From Pachysolen tannophilus NRRL Y-2460 (lineage: Eukaryota), in NCBI GenBank assembly GCA_001661245.1, contig KV454017.1:651903-715902 (forward strand): 64,000 bases of DNA, written 5' to 3'. A program made the position numbers and the translations under genes. This document shows, in pieces, positions 43,383 to 54,628 of the stretch. How positions within the stretch are numbered: the first letter of the stretch is position 1; each line of letters opens with the position of its first letter. The notes under the pieces are model-generated. The model was not told the DNA's origin, did not search any database, and saw nothing but the letters and a program-made list of their open reading frames with translations.

Positions 43383-44300
43383 ATGAGTAGTAATCAGAAT
43401 TGGGAGCAATTTGCTAAACAATTACAAAAAAGAGCACAACAAGCTGGTAAAGCTGGTGGAATTGGTGGTGGTCCAAAAAATCCGTTTGCATTTTTTGCAG
43501 GTGCTGGTGGGTTAATTTTATTAGGAGGATCAGCAGTTTTATTAAATGCTTCGTTGTTTAATGTTGATGGTGGTCAAAGAGCAATTATTTATTCTAGAAT
43601 TGGTGGTGTTCAACCAAATATATATCAAGAAGGTACACATTTTGCAATTCCTTGGTTTCAAACACCAGTAATATATGATATTAGGGCAAAACCAAGAAAT
43701 GTTGCATCATTAACTGGTACTAAAGATTTACAAATGGTCAACATCACTTGTAGAGTTTTATCTAGACCAGATATAAAAGCATTGCCAACAATATATAGAA
43801 CTTTAGGTCAAGATTATGATGAAAGAGTTTTACCATCAATTGTTAATGAAGTTTTAAAATCTGTTGTTGCACAATTTAATGCTTCACAATTAATTACTCA
43901 AAGAGAAAAAGTTTCAAGATTAGTTAGAGAAAATTTAGTACGTAGAGCTTCAAAATTCAGTATTTTGTTGGATGATGTTTCATTAACAGTTATGACATTT
44001 TCACCAGAATTTTCTAGTGCTGTTGAAGCAAAACAAATTGCTCAACAAGATGCTCAAAGAGCTGCATTTGTTGTTGATAAGGCAAGACAGGAAAAACAAA
44101 GTATGGTTGTTAAGGCACAAGGTGAAGCAAAATCTGCTGAATTGATTGGTGAAGCTATCAAAAAATCAAAAGATTATGTTGAATTAAAAAGATTAGATAC
44201 AGCAAGAGAAATTGCTCATATTTTATCAAATTCTCCAAACCGTGTTATCTTGGATAATGAAGCATTATTATTAAATACTGCTTCAGATTCTCGTAGATGA
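43383..44300 (+). CDS. PHB2: Prohibitin 2
   Basis: LFNVDGGQRAIIYSRIGGV, PRNVASLTGTKDLQMVNITCRVLSRP; first ATG 43383. Confidence 0.97.
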   Translation: MSSNQNWEQFAKQLQKRAQQAGKAGGIGGGPKNPFAFFAGAGGLILLGGSAVLLNASLFNVDGGQRAIIYSRIGGVQPNIYQEGTHFAIPWFQTPVIYDIRAKPRNVASLTGTKDLQMVNITCRVLSRPDIKALPTIYRTLGQDYDERVLPSIVNEVLKSVVAQFNASQLITQREKVSRLVRENLVRRASKFSILLDDVSLTVMTFSPEFSSAVEAKQIAQQDAQRAAFVVDKARQEKQSMVVKAQGEAKSAELIGEAIKKSKDYVELKRLDTAREIAHILSNSPNRVILDNEALLLNTASDSRR

Positions 44301-44827
44301 AAAAAAAAAAAAAGAAAGTGCTTGTTGAGCCAAACTGAACCGATATTTCAATAAGTTTTTAATTTGTTTTGTTTGAAATTACCAATACTATTCAAATCAA
44401 AAAGAAAAAAAAAAAAAAAAATTATTTCAATTTTTTTTTTCTTTATTTTTATTATTATTATTTTTTTTCTTTGGAAAAAGAAGAAGTTTTAAAACTTCTC
44501 TTGTCATGTAAATATATATATATATATGCTTTATATTAAAAAAGCAGAATTAATTTTATTTTTTTTTTATTAATATTTAAAATTTAAATTTTTTTATTAA
44601 ACTCTGAAAGTCAATATATGCTCAACGAAAGAAAAGGGAAAAAAGAAAGGTATAATAATTTGAATTAAACGTACTCGAATGGGTGCCAAATGGAAAAACT
44701 ATAAAAATGGTGAAAACAAGAAAAACAAGAAAACTAAAACTAACATCTTTTGTAAAATAAAGTGATAAAGATAAACAAACATAAACAAAAAAGAAGCCAA
44801 AAAAAAAGCGTAGATACAAATTGAAAA

Positions 44828-45286
44828 TTAATTTTCTTCTTCTTCTTCTTCTTCTTTCTCTTCATCTGAATTTGAAAAATTCAATTTAGTTGGTTTTGAT
44901 CTAAAAGAAATAAAAAAAAAAAAAAAAATGAGGTTAGTATTTGTGTATTCCCAGGATTGCAAAAGGAAAATAAATTTTTTTTCTTTCAAAAGGCAACTAC
45001 TTACTTATCGTAAAACCGAGCTCTATGAGCATTCAATTTTTGGGAACATGGTGATAATATATTATCAGTTGGTGAGGCAAATTTATTTTTACCAATTTCA
45101 CTAGCACAAAGTTAGTATATACTGGTTTTCATACAAAAACTTTTTTTTTTTTTTTTTTGATTTTCTTCAGAACTTCATAGCCTATAATTTTACTTACCTT
45201 GGGAAAGCTTTTTGAAATAATTTTCTTTGCAAACCTTGATTTTGAGCCTTTGGCTTTTGATGTAATGGTTGAATCTGTGCTGACAT
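44828..45286 (-). CDS. SPO12: Spo12 (FEAR network), 85 aa; exons 45286-45198, 45100-45005, 44900-44828
   Basis: Two introns with GTAAGT donors (45197, 45004), TACTAAC branch points (45117-45111, 44939-44933) and TAG acceptors; the product carries FASPTDNILSPCSQKLNAHR; syntenic between PHB2 and SMI1. Confidence 0.93.
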
Positions 45287-45642
45287 CTTGCTTATTCTTT
45301 TTCTTTTTCTTTTTTTTCCTTTCTGGAGCTTTATTTAAGTTGTATAAGTAAGAAAAATATGATTTATATAGTAAAGCAATTAATTATGTAGATCTAATCT
45401 AGTAGTATATATAATTATTTATTGATTTAAAATTTCAAACTACTCTTAGAATAAACTATTCAAGAATTAAATAAACCACTCTTTATTTATTTTTCTTTAC
45501 CTTCTTGCCAGTTTATAAAATCTTTAAAGAAAGAAAAAGAAAAAATCATCTTCTTAATATCTTCTTCAACTTTTGAACTTTTGAACTTTTGAACTTTTGA
45601 ACATGTTCTTTTTCTCATATTGTCATATTATTAAATTGCATA

Positions 45643-45667
45643 TGTTTGTCTTTTTCCTAAAGAGGAA
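45643..45667 (-). promoter_or_regulatory. Mcm1-forkhead composite site upstream of SPO12
   Basis: Minus strand ttCCTCTTTAGGaaaaaGACAAACA. Confidence 0.55.
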
Positions 45668-46013
45668 TTCTAATTGATTATTCCACAAAATTCGTGTCGT
45701 GCGTCAAAAATCCAAAAAATCCCAAAAAGGAAACACTAAAAAAATAATAAAAAAAGATAGTGAAAAACAAAAAGAGATGTTAGATGTTAGATAATGGACC
45801 CTAAAAGCGCGTCAGATTTGATTCAAGAAGAATTGAAGAAGAGGTTAGACGGAATATATATATATATATATATATATATATCGGAGATAGAATAATTCAT
45901 TTTTCAGATTTTAGTAAAAACATAAAAAACAAAACAAAAAGTATATCATATATATATTTAGATAGATATATATTTATATATATTTATTTCTAATTTATGG
46001 ATATCAGGAGATA

Positions 46014-47342
46014 ATGCCGAATTTTAGTAAGAAATTGAGTTCGTTATTTTATAGTTTTAGCACTCAGGATAGGTATGCTGATTTTCAATCTCATGAGAAA
46101 GAAGCTGGATCTCCCTATCAAACAAAGCTAGCTGATGTTTCAACGGCTTATATTACTGCACCATTAACAGATTATTCAGAAGATGGAGTTGAAGTAAATG
46201 AATTTCAAGAACCTGATTATATGAAGGATTTAAGTAATAATGAAGGGATAAAAGAAGTTTTATTAGCATGGAGACATATATCATCTTGGGCTTTGAAAAA
46301 TCATCCTGATTTAAATGAAAGTTTATCTTCTCCTTGTACAAGAGCTGATATGAGAGAAGCTGAAAAAGATTTAAATGTTAAATTACCACTGTGTGTTGAA
46401 TCTTCATTAAGATTACATGATGGACAAGAAAAATTACCAGGAACAAATGGTTTAGTTTTTGGTTTGGAATTGATGGATTTAGATTCTGTTGTAACAATGA
46501 CTAAAAGTTGGCGTAAAGTTAGTGCTAGAGTTAATAATGATATGGCACATAAAGCAATGATGGCAAGAATTAGTAATTTATCAACACCAGAATTATCACA
46601 TAAAAATAATAATAATCTTAATAGAATTTCAAAATTAAATGGTAATGATAATGATCTGTCATTTGTTCCTGAATTAAATACTTCATTATCTTCATTTAAT
46701 ATTACTAAAAATTATAAAACAGAAGTTCCTCCACAAAATTCAATTCCTCCAAATCGTGTTCAACCTTGTTATGCTCATCCTGGTTGGATCCCTTTATTAA
46801 CAGATAATGCTGGAAATCATATTGGTGTAGATTTAGCTCCTGCTTCAAAAGGTAAATGGGGTCAAGTTATTATATTTGGAAGAGAATTTGATACAAAATA
46901 TGTCTTGGCTCCAAATTGGGGTGATTTCTTATTAATTTTTGCTAATGATTTAGAAAATGGGAATTGGAGAATTGAAAATGATATTGATATATATAGTGGT
47001 GATGGTGATTTAACTTTTGTTGATAAAAATACAAATTTAGAAAAAAGATATTTGGATGTTTTAAAACAAAGATGTCAAAAAGAATGGGAAATTTATAAAA
47101 AAACTCATAAAGAAGAAGAAGAACAAGAAGAACAAGAAGAACAAGAAAAGATACAAGAGGATATTGGTAAAGAAAAAAAATTACTGGAAGTACCAAATTT
47201 AATTGATACAAATTCACCAGCTATTGTTAATAATGGGAAATTTAGTAATTCCGATGGAAAGGAAAACAATCAACCACTTTTCACAGTGGAAAAGAAAGTT
47301 GATGATGACCCTGATGGAAACTTGGAAGAAGTTGGTTTATAA
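46014..47342 (+). CDS. SMI1: Cell-wall assembly regulator Smi1/Knr4
   Basis: LAWRHI...HPDLNESLSSPCT, HDGQE, YAHPGWIPLLTDNAGNHIGVDLAP, WGQVIIFGREFDTKY. Confidence 0.95.
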   Translation: MPNFSKKLSSLFYSFSTQDRYADFQSHEKEAGSPYQTKLADVSTAYITAPLTDYSEDGVEVNEFQEPDYMKDLSNNEGIKEVLLAWRHISSWALKNHPDLNESLSSPCTRADMREAEKDLNVKLPLCVESSLRLHDGQEKLPGTNGLVFGLELMDLDSVVTMTKSWRKVSARVNNDMAHKAMMARISNLSTPELSHKNNNNLNRISKLNGNDNDLSFVPELNTSLSSFNITKNYKTEVPPQNSIPPNRVQPCYAHPGWIPLLTDNAGNHIGVDLAPASKGKWGQVIIFGREFDTKYVLAPNWGDFLLIFANDLENGNWRIENDIDIYSGDGDLTFVDKNTNLEKRYLDVLKQRCQKEWEIYKKTHKEEEEQEEQEEQEKIQEDIGKEKKLLEVPNLIDTNSPAIVNNGKFSNSDGKENNQPLFTVEKKVDDDPDGNLEEVGL

Positions 47343-47406
47343 GTAGTTTGCAACTCATGTATAGAGTTTCGTTAATTATATCTTTATTTTTCATAATATA
47401 CACACG

Positions 47407-47439
<33 letters not shown>

Positions 47440-47472
47440 TTAAATAAATCATATACATAATATTACTTTCTC

Positions 47473-48888
47473 TCACCAAATAATCCTTTGAATCAGAGAT
47501 GGTTCATTTTCCCATTCAAAAGTATAATTAAGAAACATATAGAAAACGAAAAAATTAACCAGATTAAATAAGAAATATTCTAAAACCAACCTAATCACAG
47601 AGTTATATTTTTTGAAAAATTCTAATTTTGAAATCAAAGGATCATTAACTGGTCTAATCATTAATCTCCATAATAAAAATGGTAAAATATAGTATCTTGT
47701 CTCAAATAATGGTGAAGGTATTATAGTTGCACAACAACAAATAAAATAGCATATTATAGTAATTGGGCTAAATGATAAATTTTCTGAAGTTATAGAATTT
47801 TGACCAGATAATTTCATTAATTTTAAAACTGTATATAAACTGAAATGATAAATCGGTATTAAGTAGAATCTTGTGTAGGCCGACCTGTTAATGATTTTTC
47901 TCCAAATATAAAATGTATAATGGCGATTGTCTGATAATAAGAAAGGATGAACAACAGTGAAGAATTGAATACATCCATAAATTATTGCAAATTGTAAAAA
48001 TAAAATGAAAACCTTGAAAGGTGATATGAAGAATGATCTACAATAATTCTTAATAAACTTGGGTGAAAGCCATATTGGCAGGCTGAACAAACACATAAAT
48101 GTAGAACAGTAAAATAATTGAACAGCATGAAACCCAACAGCATGATTTTCTTTATCACCAAAAGTAATAGACCAATTGTTATGAACTAAAAACACTAGAA
48201 ACAGAATGAAATTAATCACAAAAGGTAATGTTAAAAACATGAAATTATTGAAAAAAGCCTTAACGAATAATATACCATCTTGAATGATATTCCCAGTATA
48301 ATTCTTGTAAATCTTTCTGTCTAATAATATAGCCAATATCAATCCATTCCATACAACATTGGTTTGGCGAAACGTAATACTAAGTAATCCCAATATAGCT
48401 GAAAGTAAATTATAACCTTCAAGACCAACAACTAAGGAACTTACAACTAAGATAGTTGACCAAGAATCAGTGTAAAACAAAGAGAAATATAAAGTCAATA
48501 GTGGAAATGAGATTAAATTTGCAATCGGAAATTGGTACAGCGGATAACGTCCGCAAAGCTTTAATACCAATGGCAAAATATAAACACCACCAATATAGTT
48601 CAATGATCTTAACTGGTTTAAAGAACAGTAGCTATCATCACCATCGATTAGTCTAACAAGACTTGAAAACCCATAACCGAGATAATATAATCCTGGTGGG
48701 GTCGTTATTTTTGGATCCCAATATGAAAAATATTGTTGACAATACCATTGACACTGTGGAACATGAAATATTTCATCAATAAATGGATAATTAACTTCTC
48801 TTGTAATTACATTGAATAAAAATATCAGACTAATGATGAAAAGTGGTTCTAGACATATCGAATAAACAAAAGTCAATATAAAATCCAT
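47473..48888 (-). CDS. DIE2: Dol-P-Glc alpha-1,2-glucosyltransferase Alg10/Die2
   Basis: PFIDEIFHVPQCQ, WDPKITTPPGLY, FRQTNVVW, HPFLLSDNRHYTFYIW, C-terminal QRIIW; first ATG 48888. Confidence 0.95.
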   Translation of the reverse strand: MDFILTFVYSICLEPLFIISLIFLFNVITREVNYPFIDEIFHVPQCQWYCQQYFSYWDPKITTPPGLYYLGYGFSSLVRLIDGDDSYCSLNQLRSLNYIGGVYILPLVLKLCGRYPLYQFPIANLISFPLLTLYFSLFYTDSWSTILVVSSLVVGLEGYNLLSAILGLLSITFRQTNVVWNGLILAILLDRKIYKNYTGNIIQDGILFVKAFFNNFMFLTLPFVINFILFLVFLVHNNWSITFGDKENHAVGFHAVQLFYCSTFMCLFSLPIWLSPKFIKNYCRSFFISPFKVFILFLQFAIIYGCIQFFTVVHPFLLSDNRHYTFYIWRKIINRSAYTRFYLIPIYHFSLYTVLKLMKLSGQNSITSENLSFSPITIICYFICCCATIIPSPLFETRYYILPFLLWRLMIRPVNDPLISKLEFFKKYNSVIRLVLEYFLFNLVNFFVFYMFLNYTFEWENEPSLIQRIIW

Positions 48889-49035
48889 GCTTAAATCCAA
48901 GTTTCTAACCAATTTAATTCACTAAATTATCTTTATAGCATTTTGGTAATATTTTTCAGCTTTTTTATTTTATTTGTTTTTATTTATTTATTACATAAAA
49001 TATAATCTTGCAATTAAAGTGAGACTTCATATACA

Positions 49036-50619
49036 ATGAAGTTTATGATAATACTGATATCATTTCTCATATCGTATCTGGTGAATTGTCTTACAATAGA
49101 TGCATCTTTAGAAATTGGAATACTATCACAGCGAGATTTATCAGCAAATACAACTATCGATCAGTTAACGTTACCAGGCATTAATTTGAATCAAGTTGTA
49201 TTCAATAGCATCGGATATACTAATGATTCCTATTCTTATATAACAGACTTGTTAAATTTAGGCTCTAGTATATTTGAGATAAATGTTTATTGGAATGAGA
49301 AGCTAGCGATATGGCAAGTTTGCCCTGTTCCATATTCAGAGAATGTTACTGAGTTGGCTACAATTCAAAAATTGGAGAATGATGATGATACAAGTTTCAA
49401 ATGTCAAAGAAGTTTTAATTTAAGTACTATCTTGACTCTGTTTAGTGAACATTTTCTGGAAACGGATACCCATTTGAATGCTGACTTAATGCAAATGTAT
49501 TTGAATCTTTATTCTTTAAATCCACTGTATGATTACCCAGATGATTATGTCAACTCTGCTGAAAAATACGAGTCATTATCGAGTATTATAATAAGTGAAG
49601 TTTCAGATATTTATAAGTATTCAGATTTAAAGCTGGATAGAGCAAACAACAAAACTTACTCCAGTGATGGTAGATCAAAATCATTTGAAGGCTATCCAAC
49701 GTTTAGCCATGTGCTTTTTGAGAAATATAAGAGATTAATACCCATAGTGGCATCAAATAATTTGGATTCAGATTCATCTTATAATTCTTCGCTTTTAGAT
49801 ATAGATTCAGACTATATTCTTTTCAATGGTTCTAATGGATTTGAATTGACATCATATACTTTTTTAAATGATACCTGTCAGTCGGATGCACTAGAAAATG
49901 GTGAGAAAAAGCCTTTTAAGACTATAAGCAACCAAGTTTCTGAGTGGAATTTTACTTTGGATTCTTATAAGGCCTACATAGAATGTGGAATTTCGCCAAT
50001 ATTGAATAGTTCATTTTCACCATATGATTCTATTAGTGATTATTTGAATATTTCCTTGTGGTCTTGGAATGTGAATCAACCCACTATCGGAACAGGTACT
50101 GATGAAGATGAAGATTATACATGTGCACTATTTGATTCAACTGGTGGATGGCGGGTTGGAAGCTGTTCGGAACAATATCCTATAGCATGTAAAAATACAA
50201 GCACAAATTTTGAATGGATAATAGCGAATATTTCCAAGGACTACTTTTCTGCTGGAGATTATTGTCCTCTGGGAACCGTATTTGATACTCCTAGGAATGC
50301 TCTTGATAACCTTGCATTAATGAAGACTTTGAACCTTGAAGATGATGATGTTTCAGATGTTTGGATTGATCTAAATTGTATTAATGTTGAAAATTGCTGG
50401 GTCACAGGCGGACCCGAAGCTAGTTGTCCCTATGCAGATATAATTACTAAGAAGCTTCTCGTGGAAATGATTACTCCTGCAAGTGTAGTGAGTTTTGTAT
50501 TATTAATTTTAACAATACTTCTGAAGTTTGATAACGTTCCAATTCAAAGCAATAGAAGACATTGGAAAAAATTGATCAATGAGTACTCCAAAGATGAGTA
50601 CGAGGGCGTACCTTCTTAG
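49036..50619 (+). CDS. MTC6: Mtc6 type-I membrane protein
   Basis: Signal peptide, SQRDLSAN, VYWNE...WQVCP, WSWNVNQP, VWIDLNCINVENCWVTGGPEASCPY, single TM, C-terminal EYEGVPS. Confidence 0.9.
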   Translation: MKFMIILISFLISYLVNCLTIDASLEIGILSQRDLSANTTIDQLTLPGINLNQVVFNSIGYTNDSYSYITDLLNLGSSIFEINVYWNEKLAIWQVCPVPYSENVTELATIQKLENDDDTSFKCQRSFNLSTILTLFSEHFLETDTHLNADLMQMYLNLYSLNPLYDYPDDYVNSAEKYESLSSIIISEVSDIYKYSDLKLDRANNKTYSSDGRSKSFEGYPTFSHVLFEKYKRLIPIVASNNLDSDSSYNSSLLDIDSDYILFNGSNGFELTSYTFLNDTCQSDALENGEKKPFKTISNQVSEWNFTLDSYKAYIECGISPILNSSFSPYDSISDYLNISLWSWNVNQPTIGTGTDEDEDYTCALFDSTGGWRVGSCSEQYPIACKNTSTNFEWIIANISKDYFSAGDYCPLGTVFDTPRNALDNLALMKTLNLEDDDVSDVWIDLNCINVENCWVTGGPEASCPYADIITKKLLVEMITPASVVSFVLLILTILLKFDNVPIQSNRRHWKKLINEYSKDEYEGVPS

Positions 50620-50849
50620 AGTATAAAATGAGTATGGGTTTTTTTGCATATATAGAAAATTATTTAGAGAAAATTGGATTGGATTGGATTGCATTTTAAT
50701 TTAGGAATAAAAATTTTAGGTTGTTAGTTTTCAGAAGAAATTAATTAGATATTTTTTTAAAAAGCAGATAAATATTATAAATCAAGTAATTATTCTAGCA
50801 AAGATTATAAAAGCAAAAATAAAATACTAATTTTATATCATTTCCATCC

Positions 50850-52736
50850 TTAGCGAATATTAGGGGTAATAATGACGTTTTCACTTAACTCTAATAATTC
50901 ACTGCCAAAAATCCCACCTTCTTGAGCTTGAGCTACTAGATCGGGCTCTGTTTCTGACCATAACTCATAAAATCGTATAGTCTCATCGTTTGCAGAAAAG
51001 CAAATGGAGTTCCCATCTGGAGATGAAACACCTGTAAGAGCTCTCAAATTCAAAGAAGAGGGAACCTGTACAACTGGATATAGCTTTGGATAGTTATATA
51101 CTGCTAATAATACGGGAGTTGAACTATCACTAAAACCAAAAGTAGCCACAATCTGTTTCTTTGATCGAGACCATATTAGAGAAGTGATTTGTCCCTTAGT
51201 ATTTATGAAATCCAATAAGGTACCTGTGTTTGTGTGCCAAAACCGTATCACTCTATCTTTACTTCCTCCTCCAGTTGCTAGTAATGAAGTTGACCATGGA
51301 CAAAATGAAATGGCCTTAACAGCCGCACGATGAGGTAGAGCAAACTTTAATTTTGGCCTGTTGATGTTAGAAATATTCCAAATGGTACAACAGTTGTCGT
51401 TACCTCCGATTGCAAGCTGTTTTGAATCATTTGAAAGTGCAATTCCTGTTTAATAGAGAAAGATGGTTAGTACTGATGAACATGTAAGATAAAAATTAGA
51501 TTTAGAGTAAACTTTACCGCAAATTTGTTGTTGATGATACTTGATAGCACTTGACTTGTGAAACCGTGTATCTTCACCATTGTTTTTACTTATTATCTCA
51601 AAACAAGATACTTCTCCTGCTTCGTCTCCTGTGAAGATTGTTTTTGAATCTGAAAACCACGTTATGCAGCATAATCCTTTATCATGTAAGTAGTATGCTT
51701 TGATAACGTTCATTTCTTTTTGACTATATAGTATTAATCTCCCATGTTTTGTTCCAACTACTAAATAATCATCATTTGAATACGAAACACAAGTAATCAA
51801 ATCATTTTCTACTGGGGCTAAAGGAATTGCACCAAGATCTTGTGACCATATAAAGACATTAGAGCATAAGGCAACAGCAATATTCCCAGTTTTTTTAGAC
51901 CATGATACTAAATTTGAATAAAAATCATCTCTCAATCCCGGTGCATCCAAGACTCTGAAAGGAATTGAAGATTTCAAATTTTTCTTTTTATTCAGTTTAC
52001 TACGAGACATGGCAGTTGGAGATAAATCGCTACTATAAGATGTATCACTTCCAGAAAATCCATCATAAGAAGAGTTTGCGCCGCTTAGACCTGAACTATT
52101 AATCCCAGCACTACTACCACTAAATCCTCTAATACGAAGAAAGCTATTATTATGACCATATCCAACTGAAGATGGTGTATAATCCAATACTCTTTTGTAA
52201 TTGTGAGTAAATCCTAATGCTTCTGCAATTGGTCCCTTGTGTTCTAACACTGGATTGCCATTTCCGGATGGTGTTTCCTCATGGTCGGAAAGTGCTGGAA
52301 CTACGTCTCTTAAAATATTATCAGTTCTACCAAAAGATCTGACCATTACATGGTCATCTCTCAAGTCCAAATAGATGTCGTTGTTTATAGCATTGTTTGC
52401 ATCATCAGCAATGAACTGGTCTGTATGTCCAAGAACTTCGAGATTATTTCCCATTTCAATCCCACCACCATTACCACCATTACCACCAGCACCAGCACCA
52501 CCATTGGCAGCTGTAAGGGCACCATAATTGATACCAGCAATCACACCTGCCACTCCACCTGGTGCACCTGGTGCTGGTCTTAATAAGCTGCCAGTTGCAT
52601 TATCAAAAGATGTAGTGGATAAGGCATGATATGTTTGATGAGAAGAAATTTTGGGAATAAATCTGTCCATCACCCTCTCCGAATTGGATAAAGTGACAAA
52701 ACGATTAAGTCTAGGATTACTAGCAGAAGCTGGCAT
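50850..52736 (-). CDS. AMA1: Meiosis-specific APC/C activator Ama1, 604 aa; exons 52736-51518 and 51445-50850
   Basis: C-box DRFIP, RVLDAPGLRDDFYSNLVSWS, WD40 repeats, IR tail; 72-nt intron 51517-51446 (GTAAAG...TACTAAC...CAG) joins QQICG to IALSND in frame. Confidence 0.92.
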
Positions 52737-53827
52737 AATGGATTAAATCAAGGTTTTTGGAACTTCCCACTTCCCTATCATGGAAAGAAATCAATTAAAA
52801 GGAAAAATTCACACAAACCTATATTTTCCGGAAACCTAGAATCTCACAAAGAACAGGAAATGAACTTATTTTTCAGTTAAGCAATGAAGTGTGGAAATTT
52901 TATAGCAAATTAGTCTCCATTAGGACTTGAAAAAAAAAACAATTTCAACCAATGTTCATATAATACAACTACTCAAGATATAAGAAAGCTAGACCCAATA
53001 TTTGGAAAATTCTGTTTGACTTTGTGTGAGCTTAAAGATTTCGTGAGGCTCAAAAAGCTCGCTTCTAGAGTTACATGCAAAAAGAACTTAAATCAATGGA
53101 TAAATCATTTTTTCGAATAAATCACCGGTAGATATTTCACTTTGTAATAATAGTCTTGACTTTAGTAGTATAGTGGTGAATATACTTTACTCTTTCTACC
53201 TTGTTTTGTAAAAGTGTAGTATGGTAAATTATTATCTATGTTCTATTCACTAGTTACATGATGTACTTTTATGCGTGAAAAGTACTTCTCTTCAGAGACC
53301 CAATTTACTTACCCTAAAACGACATCATAATATCTTATCAACTCACAACAATATAATACAATTTATTTTGACAAATATCTTAGAACTTTTGGGCTATATC
53401 TTTGTAAATGAGCTGTTTCCCAGATCTAAGATACAAACAAGTAAGAATTTTTCAGAAAAAAAAAAAAAGACAAAAAAAAATTATGCAACTACATAACCAT
53501 AATTTCGTTATACAACTATGCTCTACTGTGGCTTTAGTACCACTCAAGATTCTTTCAATTTTACATCTTATTAGGTTATTTCAATATTCTTCAAAAGTTT
53601 GTTGCATTAACCGCAATTTTTCAGGCAAAGATTCTTTTTTCTCACAGTCTTCACTTTCCTCTTTAGTTTGGTGCTTGCTTTTTATCTTAACTACTTCACT
53701 TATAATTTTTCATCTTCTGAACGACGCATTGAATTTTTTTTAAATCTATATTTATTTCTTCTTCTTCTGATTGTCTTTCTTTCTATTATATCAATCGAAA
53801 ATCTTTTTTTATTTTATTTGATTAAGA

Positions 53828-54628
53828 ATGTCATCAGCTTTATTTTCACTCAAAGGTAAGGTAGCTTTAGTTACAGGTGCTACCAATGGTATTGGTCGCG
53901 GTATGGTTACAGGATTAGCCGAAGCCAAAATTGATCAAATTATTTTTATTCATAGGCCTTCAACTGATCCTCAAAGTACAATTGATAGCTTAATTAAAGC
54001 TCATCCAAACCCAGAAGATTTCACCATTTCAACAATTGAAGCTGATTTGGGTTCTTTAAAAATTGAAGATATTGAATCTAAGATTGTTAAGAAAAGTTTA
54101 CAATTGTCCAAGACTGGGAAAATTGATATTTTAATTAATAATGCTGGAATTTCATATCGTTCTCCAATTATTGATTATCCAGATGATGAATTTAACAAAG
54201 TTCTACATGTAAACTTGAATGTTCCAACCAAGTTGTCCCAATTGATTGGAAAACATATGATTGAAAATAAAATTAGAGGTAAAATTTTATTTACTGCCTC
54301 GTTGCTTTCATTTCAAGGTGGTGTCAACGTTTCAGCTTATGCAGTCTCCAAAGGTGGGATCTTACAATTAACAAAGGCTTTATCAAATGAATGGGCAAGT
54401 TATGGTATTAATGTTAATTCGATAGCTCCAGGTTATATTAAGACTAACATGACTCGTAATATATCCGATGACGAAAAAAGAAATAATGAAATTTTGTCCC
54501 GTATTCCATATGGAAGATGGGGTGATATCTTTGATTTCAAAGGACCAACTGTATTTTTGGCCTCCAGTGCAAGTGACTATGTTTCTGGTGAGTCGTTGGT
54601 AGTTGATGGTGGATGGATGGGTCGCTGA
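53828..54628 (+). CDS. Short-chain dehydrogenase, KduD-like (2-deoxy-D-gluconate 3-dehydrogenase family)
   Basis: TGATNGIG, INNAG, YAVSKGG, SNEWASYGINVNSIAPGY, VDGGWMGR. Confidence 0.85.
   Translation: MSSALFSLKGKVALVTGATNGIGRGMVTGLAEAKIDQIIFIHRPSTDPQSTIDSLIKAHPNPEDFTISTIEADLGSLKIEDIESKIVKKSLQLSKTGKIDILINNAGISYRSPIIDYPDDEFNKVLHVNLNVPTKLSQLIGKHMIENKIRGKILFTASLLSFQGGVNVSAYAVSKGGILQLTKALSNEWASYGINVNSIAPGYIKTNMTRNISDDEKRNNEILSRIPYGRWGDIFDFKGPTVFLASSASDYVSGESLVVDGGWMGR

Noticed and set aside
51450..51517. AMA1 split into two ORFs, suggesting a pseudogene
   Set aside because: Explained by a 72-nt intron that restores a continuous frame
52810..52850. CACAAA sequences as Ndt80 MSE sites for AMA1
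   Set aside because: Neither matches the full CRCAAAW core, and such hexamers are expected by chance in AT-rich DNA
53166..53230. tRNA A-box-like TAGTATAGTGGTGAATA
   Set aside because: No B-box (GTTCRA) and no cloverleaf stems
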